A stretch of 64,000 nt of DNA from a virus (IMGVR_UViG_3300032324_000909:1-64000), one strand, 5' to 3'; positions 18,084 through 25,684 are shown, numbered from the stretch's first letter. The notes: generated by a model from the letters alone, not told the origin. Program-made: numbers and translations.

Positions 18084-18350
18084 TTATTTGATACCAAGGG
18101 AACGGACGCGCTTGCTTTCAGCCTCTTCCATTTTCTTTGAATAGTAAGTGCCGTCTTGAAACGGAGCTTGTGCGAACGAGACATCGTTCCATTTGAAGCT
18201 AGGAATGCCCCAGCTATTTGTTTCATAGAATGCCGCGCCGTGCTTAATGGCGAGATGCCGCCAGTAGAGGGAAGTTGCGAGTGAGTCAACCAGTCCAAAG
18301 GAGAGGGCGACGATTGCGATGATACCGATTTGCTTTGTGGTGTTTTTCAT
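18084..18350 (-). CDS. membrane-anchored protein, leaderless
   Basis: TTGACA-N17-TTTAAT-N6-ATG; N-terminal TM helix. Confidence 0.7.
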   Translation of the reverse strand: MKNTTKQIGIIAIVALSFGLVDSLATSLYWRHLAIKHGAAFYETNSWGIPSFKWNDVSFAQAPFQDGTYYSKKMEEAESKRVRSLGIK

Positions 18351-18388
18351 AAAGTAATTAAAAAGGATTTTTATTCAGTTGTCAAGTA

Positions 18389-18520
18389 TCAGAACCAAGC
18401 ATTCGGGTTGCCATGCTCTGCGACGAGTTTTTCCATCTCGTCAATCCATGCCTCGTATTCGGCGGCATAGGCGGCGAGATCATCCATTGCTAGTTCCTTC
18501 GGGTTCATTTCGTTTTCCAT
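18389..18520 (-). CDS. small acidic protein, leaderless
   Basis: TTGCAC-N16-TATTCT-N6-ATG. Confidence 0.6.
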   Translation of the reverse strand: MENEMNPKELAMDDLAAYAAEYEAWIDEMEKLVAEHGNPNAWF

Positions 18521-18617
18521 GATTAGAGAATACCACAAAGGGATCCGTGTGCAATAATTATTTATAAAAAAATTTCGACCGGATGGGAGAAATGGCTTGA
18601 CAACACGTGGTGCGAGA

Positions 18618-18680
18618 ATGTATGACAACGCGCGCCGGGCGGGGCCGGGCGCTGTAAGTGCTTGGCTATTATGGATTTAC
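18618..18680 (+). repeat. composite element R11
   Basis: box 18618, core 18634-18650, dyad 18654-18680. Confidence 0.9.
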
Positions 18681-18952
18681 CACTCCCCCTGATCTCCTTC
18701 TATATACTCGTTGTAGTAGTCGTCGCCCCCATAGAGGTCTACGGGGTCTTCCGCTGTAGGACAAGCGGCCTTATCTGCCTCCATCATACTCGCCTCGTAT
18801 TCCGCCATTTCACGCGCATGGATCGCGTCCTCACGGGCTTGCAGCTCTGCGTGTGTGGGCTCGTAAACCTCCTCGCATTGCTGACGACAAAGGAGGTCGT
18901 CGAGAACGACAGAGGCGGCGGTGAGATCGGTGGTGGTGTTGATGTTGTTCAT
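18677..18952 (-). CDS. acidic hypothetical protein, leaderless
   Basis: TTGCGT-N16-TATTCT-N6-ATG; stop codon inside the R11 dyad. Confidence 0.65.
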   Translation of the reverse strand: MNNINTTTDLTAASVVLDDLLCRQQCEEVYEPTHAELQAREDAIHAREMAEYEASMMEADKAACPTAEDPVDLYGGDDYYNEYIEGDQGEW

Positions 18953-19028
18953 AGATACAGAATAGCAAGAGGCCACCAGAACGCAATAAAAACTTTCATC
19001 AAATTAAAAATTATTTTTTATTTTATAC

Positions 19029-19105
19029 TTGACTACTCGCTTGTCTTACAGTATACTTGCCCGGCGGGGCCGGGCTCTGTAAGTCCCTGATCCTCAACAC
19101 TTTAT
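19029..19105 (+). repeat. composite element R12 with inward promoter
   Basis: TTGACT-N17-TATACT with box TTGTCTTACAG in the spacer, core 19059-19075, dyad 19079-19105. Confidence 0.9.
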
Positions 19106-19214
19106 AGAGACAGCTCTCTCAGAATACCTAACATGTAGAAACGCCAATTTTTTGGCCTATTAATCAAGCAATTTATATGTAGTGAGATTCTATGTAGGCT
19201 CATGTTATATTATA

Positions 19215-19526
19215 TTAGTATTGATTGTTTTTGTGGCACCATTCAGTCATGGCGTTAGAGGTGTTGCTGTAAGACGCATCAAACTCCTCCCTGCTCATGT
19301 AAGACTCCTTGAGACCAAGGAGGACAGACATGTTCACCAGATTTCCGTCATGCCGAAGCAACGGAACATCACCGCTAGAAACCGACATGTTGCGAAGAGT
19401 TGCGCGGTCGTCGCCCTCGTAAACGAAAGTTTCGTTTTCGTGAGAGTAGACCTTGCCAACCACAAGCGCGGCGAGTTTCTGCTTTGCCTGTTCCCTGATT
19501 GCTTCTTTGGTGTTCGTGTTGTTCAT
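19215..19526 (-). CDS. hypothetical protein, leaderless
   Basis: TTGACA-N16-AATAAT-N6-ATG. Confidence 0.65.
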   Translation of the reverse strand: MNNTNTKEAIREQAKQKLAALVVGKVYSHENETFVYEGDDRATLRNMSVSSGDVPLLRHDGNLVNMSVLLGLKESYMSREEFDASYSNTSNAMTEWCHKNNQY

Positions 19527-19567
19527 GATTTGATTATTTCAGTTTTTGCGATTTTGTCAACAGGAGA

Positions 19568-19786
19568 TTAGAAAAAGTTTTCATGCGCCAACTGGTTTAC
19601 CAGTTCGCCATTTTCCTCGGTGAGTTGCTCTAACTCCTCGTCATCCAAGGCAGTTCCATCGTTCATCCAAACCGCCTCACCGATGAAGGCATCTGCGAAG
19701 TCTGGATAGTCAGCGCGATTCACGCCTTCAATGTTGATTGACTGGGAATCAACTTCCCTTCCGTTTAGTGTCAGTTTCGTTTTCAT
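19568..19786 (-). CDS. conserved phage hypothetical protein, leaderless
   Basis: IEGVNRADYPDFADAFI; TTGCTT-N17-TACATT-N6-ATG. Confidence 0.75.
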   Translation of the reverse strand: MKTKLTLNGREVDSQSINIEGVNRADYPDFADAFIGEAVWMNDGTALDDEELEQLTEENGELVNQLAHENFF

Positions 19787-19864
19787 GATTAAAATGTATC
19801 ATGCGCCCATGAGAAAAGCAACAGGTATTTTTTTGTTTTTTTAAATTTTTTTTGCAGAAAATGC

Positions 19865-19967
19865 TTGACACTGGCTGAGCAACTATGATATAACAAGTAA
19901 GAGATTGTAAGACAACGCGCGCCCGGCGGGGCCCGGCTTCGTAAGTCGTTGATTATCAGGGCTTTGT
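19865..19967 (+). repeat. composite element R13 with inward promoter
   Basis: TTGACA-N18-TATAAC, box 19905, core 19921-19937, dyad 19941-19967. Confidence 0.9.
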
Positions 19968-19968
19968 G

Positions 19969-20100
19969 TTAATCCCGTTCGGCCCGATGTTTAGCTCTCC
20001 TTTTATAGAGCTTTTTTGAAGCAATTAACTTCTGCAGGGGTGCAAAGCGTTGACGCTTGCGGATGTCTTTCACTTGTATGACAAAGCGTTCGGTGTTCAT
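19969..20100 (-). CDS. 43-aa basic peptide
   Basis: MNTERF...SKKLYKRRAKH. Confidence 0.55.
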   Translation of the reverse strand: MNTERFVIQVKDIRKRQRFAPLQKLIASKKLYKRRAKHRAERD

Positions 20101-20104
20101 GTGA

Positions 20105-20335
20105 TTATTCGTTCGGGCAATTTTCCCAATACCATTCATTGTATGACAACGCCCATTCCTGCTCAAAGGCCGTCATCTGCGCCCCTGTGTAAACAAAGGC
20201 CCTCATCAGTTGACGCTTGATGATCCCCAAGTCGCACTCCTCAAAGCTCCTCTCAACGAGGGTGGAAAGCTCGCGGTCGTTAACGGCGCGGAGCATGAGT
20301 TCGGAGGTGGTGTTGTGTGTGATGTCGGTTTTCAT
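20105..20335 (-). CDS. hypothetical protein, leaderless
   Basis: TTGACA-N17-GAAACT-N6-ATG. Confidence 0.6.
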   Translation of the reverse strand: MKTDITHNTTSELMLRAVNDRELSTLVERSFEECDLGIIKRQLMRAFVYTGAQMTAFEQEWALSYNEWYWENCPNE

Positions 20336-20366
20336 ATTCATAGTTTCGTCTTTTGGTGTTGCCGTG

Positions 20367-20576
20367 TCAAAACTTTATTTCGATTCCTTTCGCCGCCCTG
20401 TATGCCATGACCATGTCACGCACACGCTGATTGTGCAGTTTAGCCATTGCGCTAGATGCGCCCCAGTAAGTCACAGTTTCGCGTCGTGACTTGATTTCCC
20501 CCTTGATCGAAAGGGCGAGGTAAGTGCGGATGTTGCACACGTTGTCAAAGTTGAGAGGGGCGGTCTTGTTCTTCAT
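20367..20576 (-). CDS. hypothetical protein, paralog of 16348-16554
   Basis: start re-called to MKNKTAPL, 6 nt after -10 TATCTT. Confidence 0.75.
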   Translation of the reverse strand: MKNKTAPLNFDNVCNIRTYLALSIKGEIKSRRETVTYWGASSAMAKLHNQRVRDMVMAYRAAKGIEIKF

Positions 20577-20708
20577 GGTTTTAAGATAGGGCATGGCGGC
20601 CTTTTTTAGAAGATATTTTTTTCTTTTTTGTAAACTTTTTTTTGCGAAAAGGCTTGACACTACCGGCGAAGAAAGCCGCGCCACACGCGACCATCTTCGC
20701 TTATTATG

Positions 20709-20782
20709 TTGTCATACAATTGTCTTGCATCGTATGCCCGGCGGGGCCCGGCGTTGTAAGTCGTTGATTCTCAGGGCTTTAG
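20709..20782 (+). repeat. composite element R14
   Basis: boxes TTGTCATACAA and TTGTCTTGCAT, core 20736-20752, dyad 20756-20782. Confidence 0.9.
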
Positions 20783-20953
20783 CTATTCCACTAGCCTTAC
20801 CCTATATTCATTCTTGCACCTGAGCCGCTCATCTTGTGCGACAAGCTTATAGTATTGTAGCAGGGCCTTGGTCTCTGTGCTACCTACTAGCTCGGCACGA
20901 TAGCTCCACTTGGTGTCACCCTTCCATCTTGATTCTACTATGATCTTCTTCAT
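20783..20953 (-). CDS. small basic hypothetical protein
   Basis: start re-called to MKKIIVES; stop abuts the R14 dyad. Confidence 0.55.
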   Translation of the reverse strand: MKKIIVESRWKGDTKWSYRAELVGSTETKALLQYYKLVAQDERLRCKNEYRVRLVE

Positions 20954-20954
20954 G

Positions 20955-21104
20955 TTATACAGTGTTGTACCTTCTATTCCATTTGCGTTCCCATATACCA
21001 TACAGGCGCAAGCCGTAAGCAGGATACTTCTTAATGGGTATGCGATGCAGGGCGCACCATTCGGCAAACGCCTTCTTGCATTGCAGTTGTGTGACAATGT
21101 TCAT
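20955..21104 (-). CDS. 49-aa micro-ORF (not in track)
   Basis: MNIVTQLQCKK...; ATGA coupling. Confidence 0.5.
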   Translation of the reverse strand: MNIVTQLQCKKAFAEWCALHRIPIKKYPAYGLRLYGIWERKWNRRYNTV

Positions 21105-21247
21105 CGTGATTGGATGAATGTCTTTGTCTCAAGCAATGCCTGACTGATATAGTAGCTAACCCACATCCTGACAGGGTTTCCCCTGCGACCATGGTATGCA
21201 GAGCGATGGAAGAATTGTTGTGATAGTTTGTAGATGGCGAGGATCAT
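21101..21247 (-). CDS. 48-aa micro-ORF, leaderless (not in track)
   Basis: TTGCAA-N17-TAGAAT-N6-ATG. Confidence 0.6.
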   Translation of the reverse strand: MILAIYKLSQQFFHRSAYHGRRGNPVRMWVSYYISQALLETKTFIQSR

Positions 21248-21315
21248 GCGTTTATTCTATGCGTTGTTGTGATAGATTGCAACAGCAATCACAAAAGAAA
21301 TCAAAAGAAGTTCCA

Positions 21316-21411
21316 TTAGTGGTTACAGAGTTGGTCAGCGTAGTAAAGGATACCAGCGAAGGGAAGCATGGTGATTATGGTAAGTAAGACAAGGAAAGCG
21401 ATGCGTTTCAT
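21316..21411 (-). CDS. 31-aa single-TM micro-protein (not in track)
   Basis: MKRIAFLVLLTIITMLPFAGILYYADQLCNH. Confidence 0.5.
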   Translation of the reverse strand: MKRIAFLVLLTIITMLPFAGILYYADQLCNH

Positions 21412-21421
21412 GGTAGAGAGA

Positions 21422-21535
21422 TTAGTGTGAGAAAGCCTGCATTGCAAGGACAAGCGAGCCGACCGCAAACAGCGCGACAAGACCAAAGGCGATAAAGTCG
21501 ATGAGGATTAGGAGCGTTTTGATGTGGTGTTTCAT
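21422..21535 (-). CDS. 37-aa single-TM micro-protein (not in track)
   Basis: MKHHIKTLLILIDFIAFGLVALFAVGSLVLAMQAFSH. Confidence 0.5.
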   Translation of the reverse strand: MKHHIKTLLILIDFIAFGLVALFAVGSLVLAMQAFSH

Positions 21536-21581
21536 TTGTTCTAGTGTGGTTGTTTTGTGGTGTGTTGTAAAGTTTTTTTTA

Positions 21582-21689
21582 TTACTGATTCAAGGGATCA
21601 GCCTTGAGGTTGGCAAGGGCGATCTGTGCGGCCTTACGATTAGCCTCTGCGATCCTCTCGTCGAGCGTCTGCGTGTTCTTATTGTTCAT
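21582..21689 (-). CDS. 35-aa micro-ORF, leaderless (not in track)
   Basis: TTGCAT-N18-TAGTAT-N6-ATG; MNNKNTQTLDERIAEANR... Confidence 0.55.
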   Translation of the reverse strand: MNNKNTQTLDERIAEANRKAAQIALANLKADPLNQ

Positions 21690-21923
21690 GCGTCTATACT
21701 AGGGTCATTCATGCAAAGAATGCAAGAATTATTTTTGTTTTATTTTGAGTGTGAGTATGTATGACAACACGCACACATAGGCATACCCCCCCCTTTTTCC
21801 GAAAAATTGACGTTGTAAGACCGGGTAAGATGCCGGTAGGGTCAAATTTCAATCTCCACTAATAATAAAACTACATTATTCAGAAATCTCCGCAGCTCGC
21901 CACTGCTACGCGCGACTAATTAG

Positions 21924-21990
21924 TAAACCTAACCCAACCTAACCTAAACCTAACCCTAATCTAACCCTAATAAATCCCAGTAACCCTAAT
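21924..21990. repeat. degenerate AACCT/AACCCT short tandem array
   Basis: taaacctaacccaacctaacctaaacctaaccctaatctaaccctaat...taaccctaat. Confidence 0.8.
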
Positions 21991-22047
21991 AAAACTTTTA
22001 CTATAAGGTATATGTAATATTCATGTGTAATACTATTCAAGAAACCT

Positions 22048-23103
22048 ATGGCAAGCGTAAACAGCATAATAGCAAATAATAATATATATGATTTAGTCCT
22101 AAATGAACCACGAGGGGATTATCCATTTGGAAGGGTTATTTATACATGGGTAGAATCGAGAAACGGCGCTACCACTAGTTTTAATATAGAAGTTAACACT
22201 AGCGGGTATTGGGAGTTTTGGAGTATTTATCGTGGTGACGGTGATTTGGATGTGCTGTTACAAACCTCAACAACAACTGGCGCGATTCCTTGGCTGGTTA
22301 ATTGGCCCTCGCTGCAAGTTAGTCAGGTATCAGGCCTAGGTTATACTGGAGTTGCTGGCACTCCAAGATCTAATGTTTTGGGGTTCGGAGATAATAACGT
22401 TGGTAGGGTTAAGCTTTTTAGTGGTACAGATGGCCCTTACCCTGAAGAACCCTTGGGTGGTCCATTGTATGTAGATCTAATATGGAAAAGATGCGACAGT
22501 ACATCAACATATAATGACCAAAACTATACCGACGTTAGACATGGTTATAATACCGGAGACCGGATAAGGTTAACAAGTTATTCTATTTTTACTGGACCGG
22601 GAACTATAACTGGACAAATATCACAAGCCACGCCCACAACATTTACAACTAGATACTATGGCGGAGGTGGTGTTTATCCCGGCGGAAATTCTGTTTATAA
22701 CTCTACTAGAACATTGGCCATATTTTATTATATAAGCGGAGTGCCGACCACCCTTGACGAAAATGGTAACGGCATATGGAACAATCGTGAATATATAAGT
22801 GGTCAAATAGTACCGATTAACACGCTATATTATACAAATGCCAATGGCAACCAATTGTGGGGAACGCTGGGTAATTGGAATAGTAAAATTAACGGTGTTG
22901 GCGTTAACCCTACGGAAGTCCCATGGACCGGGCCGCAAACACGTTTTATGGATTTAAGATTAGGCACTGGTGCGGTAGTACCTAGACTCAGCGGGTCGTT
23001 TATTGGCACTGGTGGAACTATTGTTGCAAGCTGTGACGAGCCAATTGCACGGGAAATAATACAAAATGGCCTTGATATAGTTAGCCCGTTAATTTATATA
23101 TAA
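22048..23103 (+). CDS. G/T/N-rich hypothetical protein, possibly virion or adhesin
   Basis: 351 aa, beta-rich composition; GTGTAAT upstream. Confidence 0.6.
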   Translation: MASVNSIIANNNIYDLVLNEPRGDYPFGRVIYTWVESRNGATTSFNIEVNTSGYWEFWSIYRGDGDLDVLLQTSTTTGAIPWLVNWPSLQVSQVSGLGYTGVAGTPRSNVLGFGDNNVGRVKLFSGTDGPYPEEPLGGPLYVDLIWKRCDSTSTYNDQNYTDVRHGYNTGDRIRLTSYSIFTGPGTITGQISQATPTTFTTRYYGGGGVYPGGNSVYNSTRTLAIFYYISGVPTTLDENGNGIWNNREYISGQIVPINTLYYTNANGNQLWGTLGNWNSKINGVGVNPTEVPWTGPQTRFMDLRLGTGAVVPRLSGSFIGTGGTIVASCDEPIAREIIQNGLDIVSPLIYI

Positions 23104-23109
23104 ACAGCA

Positions 23110-23301
23110 TTAGAATGTCTCAAGCTGAAACTTTTCGCCGCTTTTAACTTGTTTAGCCCAAAAAATATCCGTTCCGCTATATATTTTGTATTTATTCTCA
23201 TTGATTATTTCGACAATCTTGCCATAACGCCAGTTTCTAGTACTTTTCTCTAAAAACTCAATATTATCATTTAGTTTAAATTTATTTAATGTACTTTTCA
23301 T
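23110..23301 (-). CDS. small SH3/Tudor-like protein
   Basis: FKLNDNIEF..WRYGKIVEI; start re-called. Confidence 0.45.
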   Translation of the reverse strand: MKSTLNKFKLNDNIEFLEKSTRNWRYGKIVEIINENKYKIYSGTDIFWAKQVKSGEKFQLETF

Positions 23302-23402
23302 ACTAATTATGTATAGTATAATACATTTTTTATAATATAATACATTTTGTATAATACAATACAAGGTGTCAGGTATTTCCTCACAGTGTAATATAAATTA
23401 AT

Positions 23403-25334
23403 ATGCCAGAACAAATTGGAATTTTAGGTGGAACATTTATCAGGGAACTCGGGTTGGAGTTAACTTCCCCAACTGGCGTTGGTGGTACGCCACTGGGCGG
23501 TACTGTTGATTTATCAATATTTCCTAACCTTACCGGCATTACCGCATCTGGTAATGGCATAACAGTACTCACTGGTATATCTACATCTGGCGCCCCACGT
23601 TTACAAACGCTGCGTTTTGAAAACAACTACCTAACAAAAGAGAATTTAGAGAATGTGGCAACTGGTATTTATGCCAATCGTAATTCTATCACCGGGGCCA
23701 CTAATAAAATAGTTAATTTTAATCTAACCGGGGCACAAATGGGTAAAATGGATAGAACCATTAGGGTAAATAATGTTAATAAATATCAGGCGGAAATAGA
23801 TAAGTTGGGTTTTAATGTTGGTTATAATGTCAATGGAGAAACCGATCAGACGTGGACTGGTATGGGGGGCGATAACAATTTTAGCACCGCTGCAAATTGG
23901 GCAAATTCGGTATCTCCCCTTGAGTATGACGCGCTTTATTTTCGCGGCACAACAAGATTGGGCGGCTTTAACGACTTACCTGTAGATACGCAATTAAATG
24001 GAATGATCTTTAATTCGGGTGCCGGAGCTTTTAATATTAGTGGTAATAGATTTATTCTAACCTATAGTGGAATCGTAAATAATTCCACAAGCACCCAGAC
24101 AGTTCGTAATGATATTATACTATCTGGAACGCGTAGGGGTGTAAATTGTCATAGTGGTGCAATTGTTCTTGGTGGAAATATCGGCGGCTCTGGAAATTTC
24201 ACAAAATTTGGAACAGGAGTATTATCATTGAGTGGTAATAATTCTTATACAGGACATACATTTATTCGTAATGGTACTGTGAGCGTTTTTAATAACAACC
24301 CATTCGGAACTGGGAATGTTTATTTGCAAACACCTGCACCTGAGTTTGCTCCCGCTTTTACAATAGAACAAACTGCCATACCATCAACTGTTGTTATTAA
24401 TAATCCTATTTATTTGTCTTATGTTTCAGGCACAAACTCTGTGGGATTCAGAACATACAAATCTACAACATTTAATAGTCCAATTATTTTTACTAGTGGC
24501 GGTAATCCAGTTACACCTAATCAAAATGCTGTAATTAATTTTATGGTTACTGGACTTACCGGAATATTTAATGGTGGTATTTCAGGAACACCAACTTGGA
24601 CATCAGCTCTTGTAACACTCCAATCACAAGTCGCTGCTGGTTCAACCGTTATTTTCAGTGGGTCTCCTGTAATTTTTAATGTTTCAAGTAATAATTTCAC
24701 TTTAACAAATATAAAGCCAGCAATTATAGCTGTTACTGGGAATAGGTTTGTAAGCTTAAGACTTTTTAACAGTGATGTTAGATGTGATGTTCCATTTGCA
24801 ATCAATGATGTTAATATAACTTTTGGTGGTGGCGTGGAAAGTATTGATTTAAATGGAAACGGTCAAATTTTAAAAAATATTGTCGGCGGAGGGGCGAATA
24901 CTAGAATATTTAATAACTCCTCAACCGTTGCTAATTTAACAATCAATCCCGGATTTCCCACAGTAACATACATAGGGAGCATTTCTGGTAATATTAATTT
25001 AATTAAAACAAATCAATTTAATACATTAGTTCTTTCAGGTGTCCCTGCTTTAAATGTTGGTCCGATATATACTGGATCCACAACCATAACAGGCGGTACA
25101 CTAGTAAACCGTATACCATTTAGTGACCCATTTTCAAGAATAACTTCTGGAGTGTTCAGTGCAGGCACGAGTTTAATTGTTGGTTTTCGTTCTTCCCCCG
25201 CAAGTGGAGAGTCTTTTCAACTATTCGCCGGACCTACGGTTAATAATTATTCCGTAATAACCCTACAGGGTTCAGCTGCCGGAAGAACTGCCACGTATGA
25301 TAGCGCCAGTTCCACACTAACACTAACTAACTAA
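23403..25334 (+). CDS. autotransporter-passenger (PATR) beta-strand repeat protein, probable fibre/adhesin
   Basis: FTKFGTGVLSLSGNNSYTGHTFIRNGTV, YTGSTTITGGTL, WTG..DNNFSTAANW. Confidence 0.75.
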   Translation: MPEQIGILGGTFIRELGLELTSPTGVGGTPLGGTVDLSIFPNLTGITASGNGITVLTGISTSGAPRLQTLRFENNYLTKENLENVATGIYANRNSITGATNKIVNFNLTGAQMGKMDRTIRVNNVNKYQAEIDKLGFNVGYNVNGETDQTWTGMGGDNNFSTAANWANSVSPLEYDALYFRGTTRLGGFNDLPVDTQLNGMIFNSGAGAFNISGNRFILTYSGIVNNSTSTQTVRNDIILSGTRRGVNCHSGAIVLGGNIGGSGNFTKFGTGVLSLSGNNSYTGHTFIRNGTVSVFNNNPFGTGNVYLQTPAPEFAPAFTIEQTAIPSTVVINNPIYLSYVSGTNSVGFRTYKSTTFNSPIIFTSGGNPVTPNQNAVINFMVTGLTGIFNGGISGTPTWTSALVTLQSQVAAGSTVIFSGSPVIFNVSSNNFTLTNIKPAIIAVTGNRFVSLRLFNSDVRCDVPFAINDVNITFGGGVESIDLNGNGQILKNIVGGGANTRIFNNSSTVANLTINPGFPTVTYIGSISGNINLIKTNQFNTLVLSGVPALNVGPIYTGSTTITGGTLVNRIPFSDPFSRITSGVFSAGTSLIVGFRSSPASGESFQLFAGPTVNNYSVITLQGSAAGRTATYDSASSTLTLTN

Positions 25335-25341
25335 AAATAAT

Positions 25342-25674
25342 ATGATTATAGAAAAAAATTCACAAGGATGGTCATTTAGCACAGACGACCACAAAAACCT
25401 TTGGCATCTACTTTTTGATGACAGTAAAAATATTATTTCTTATAATGTGGAATCTTTATATACATCAACACAGGCGAGTCTTTTCATCGGAACGCTAGAG
25501 GAGTGTGAGCAATATATAATTGACAACAATTTGGTTCGCCCTCCCGTGATGGAGGAAGTGCCTGTTCCTCAAGTGATAGAGGACGCGCCTCCAATACAAT
25601 GGGATATTACCGAACCAGTCACAACTGAAGAGGACGCAACCGAACCAGTCACAACTGAAGAGGATATAAATTAA
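25342..25674 (+). CDS. acidic hypothetical protein with a duplicated TEPVTTEED tail
   Basis: 30-nt-period tandem repeat at ~25608-25667. Confidence 0.6.
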   Translation: MIIEKNSQGWSFSTDDHKNLWHLLFDDSKNIISYNVESLYTSTQASLFIGTLEECEQYIIDNNLVRPPVMEEVPVPQVIEDAPPIQWDITEPVTTEEDATEPVTTEEDIN

Positions 25675-25684
25675 AACTTTCCGA

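Noticed and set aside
3212-20752. GC cores as intrinsic terminators or G-quadruplexes
   Set aside because: Many copies cannot form a hairpin between the heptamers, there is no U-tract, orientation ignores transcription direction, and there are at most three G3 runs
3181-20782. GC elements as a CRISPR array
   Set aside because: Copies are separated by 0.4-2.6 kb of genes and vary in sequence; no cas genes are present
11936-21764. Plus-strand ORFs across the early minus-strand block
   Set aside because: They overlap minus-strand genes that have clear promoters and recognisable motifs
21924-21990. Eukaryotic telomere contamination
   Set aside because: Short, degenerate and embedded in continuous phage sequence
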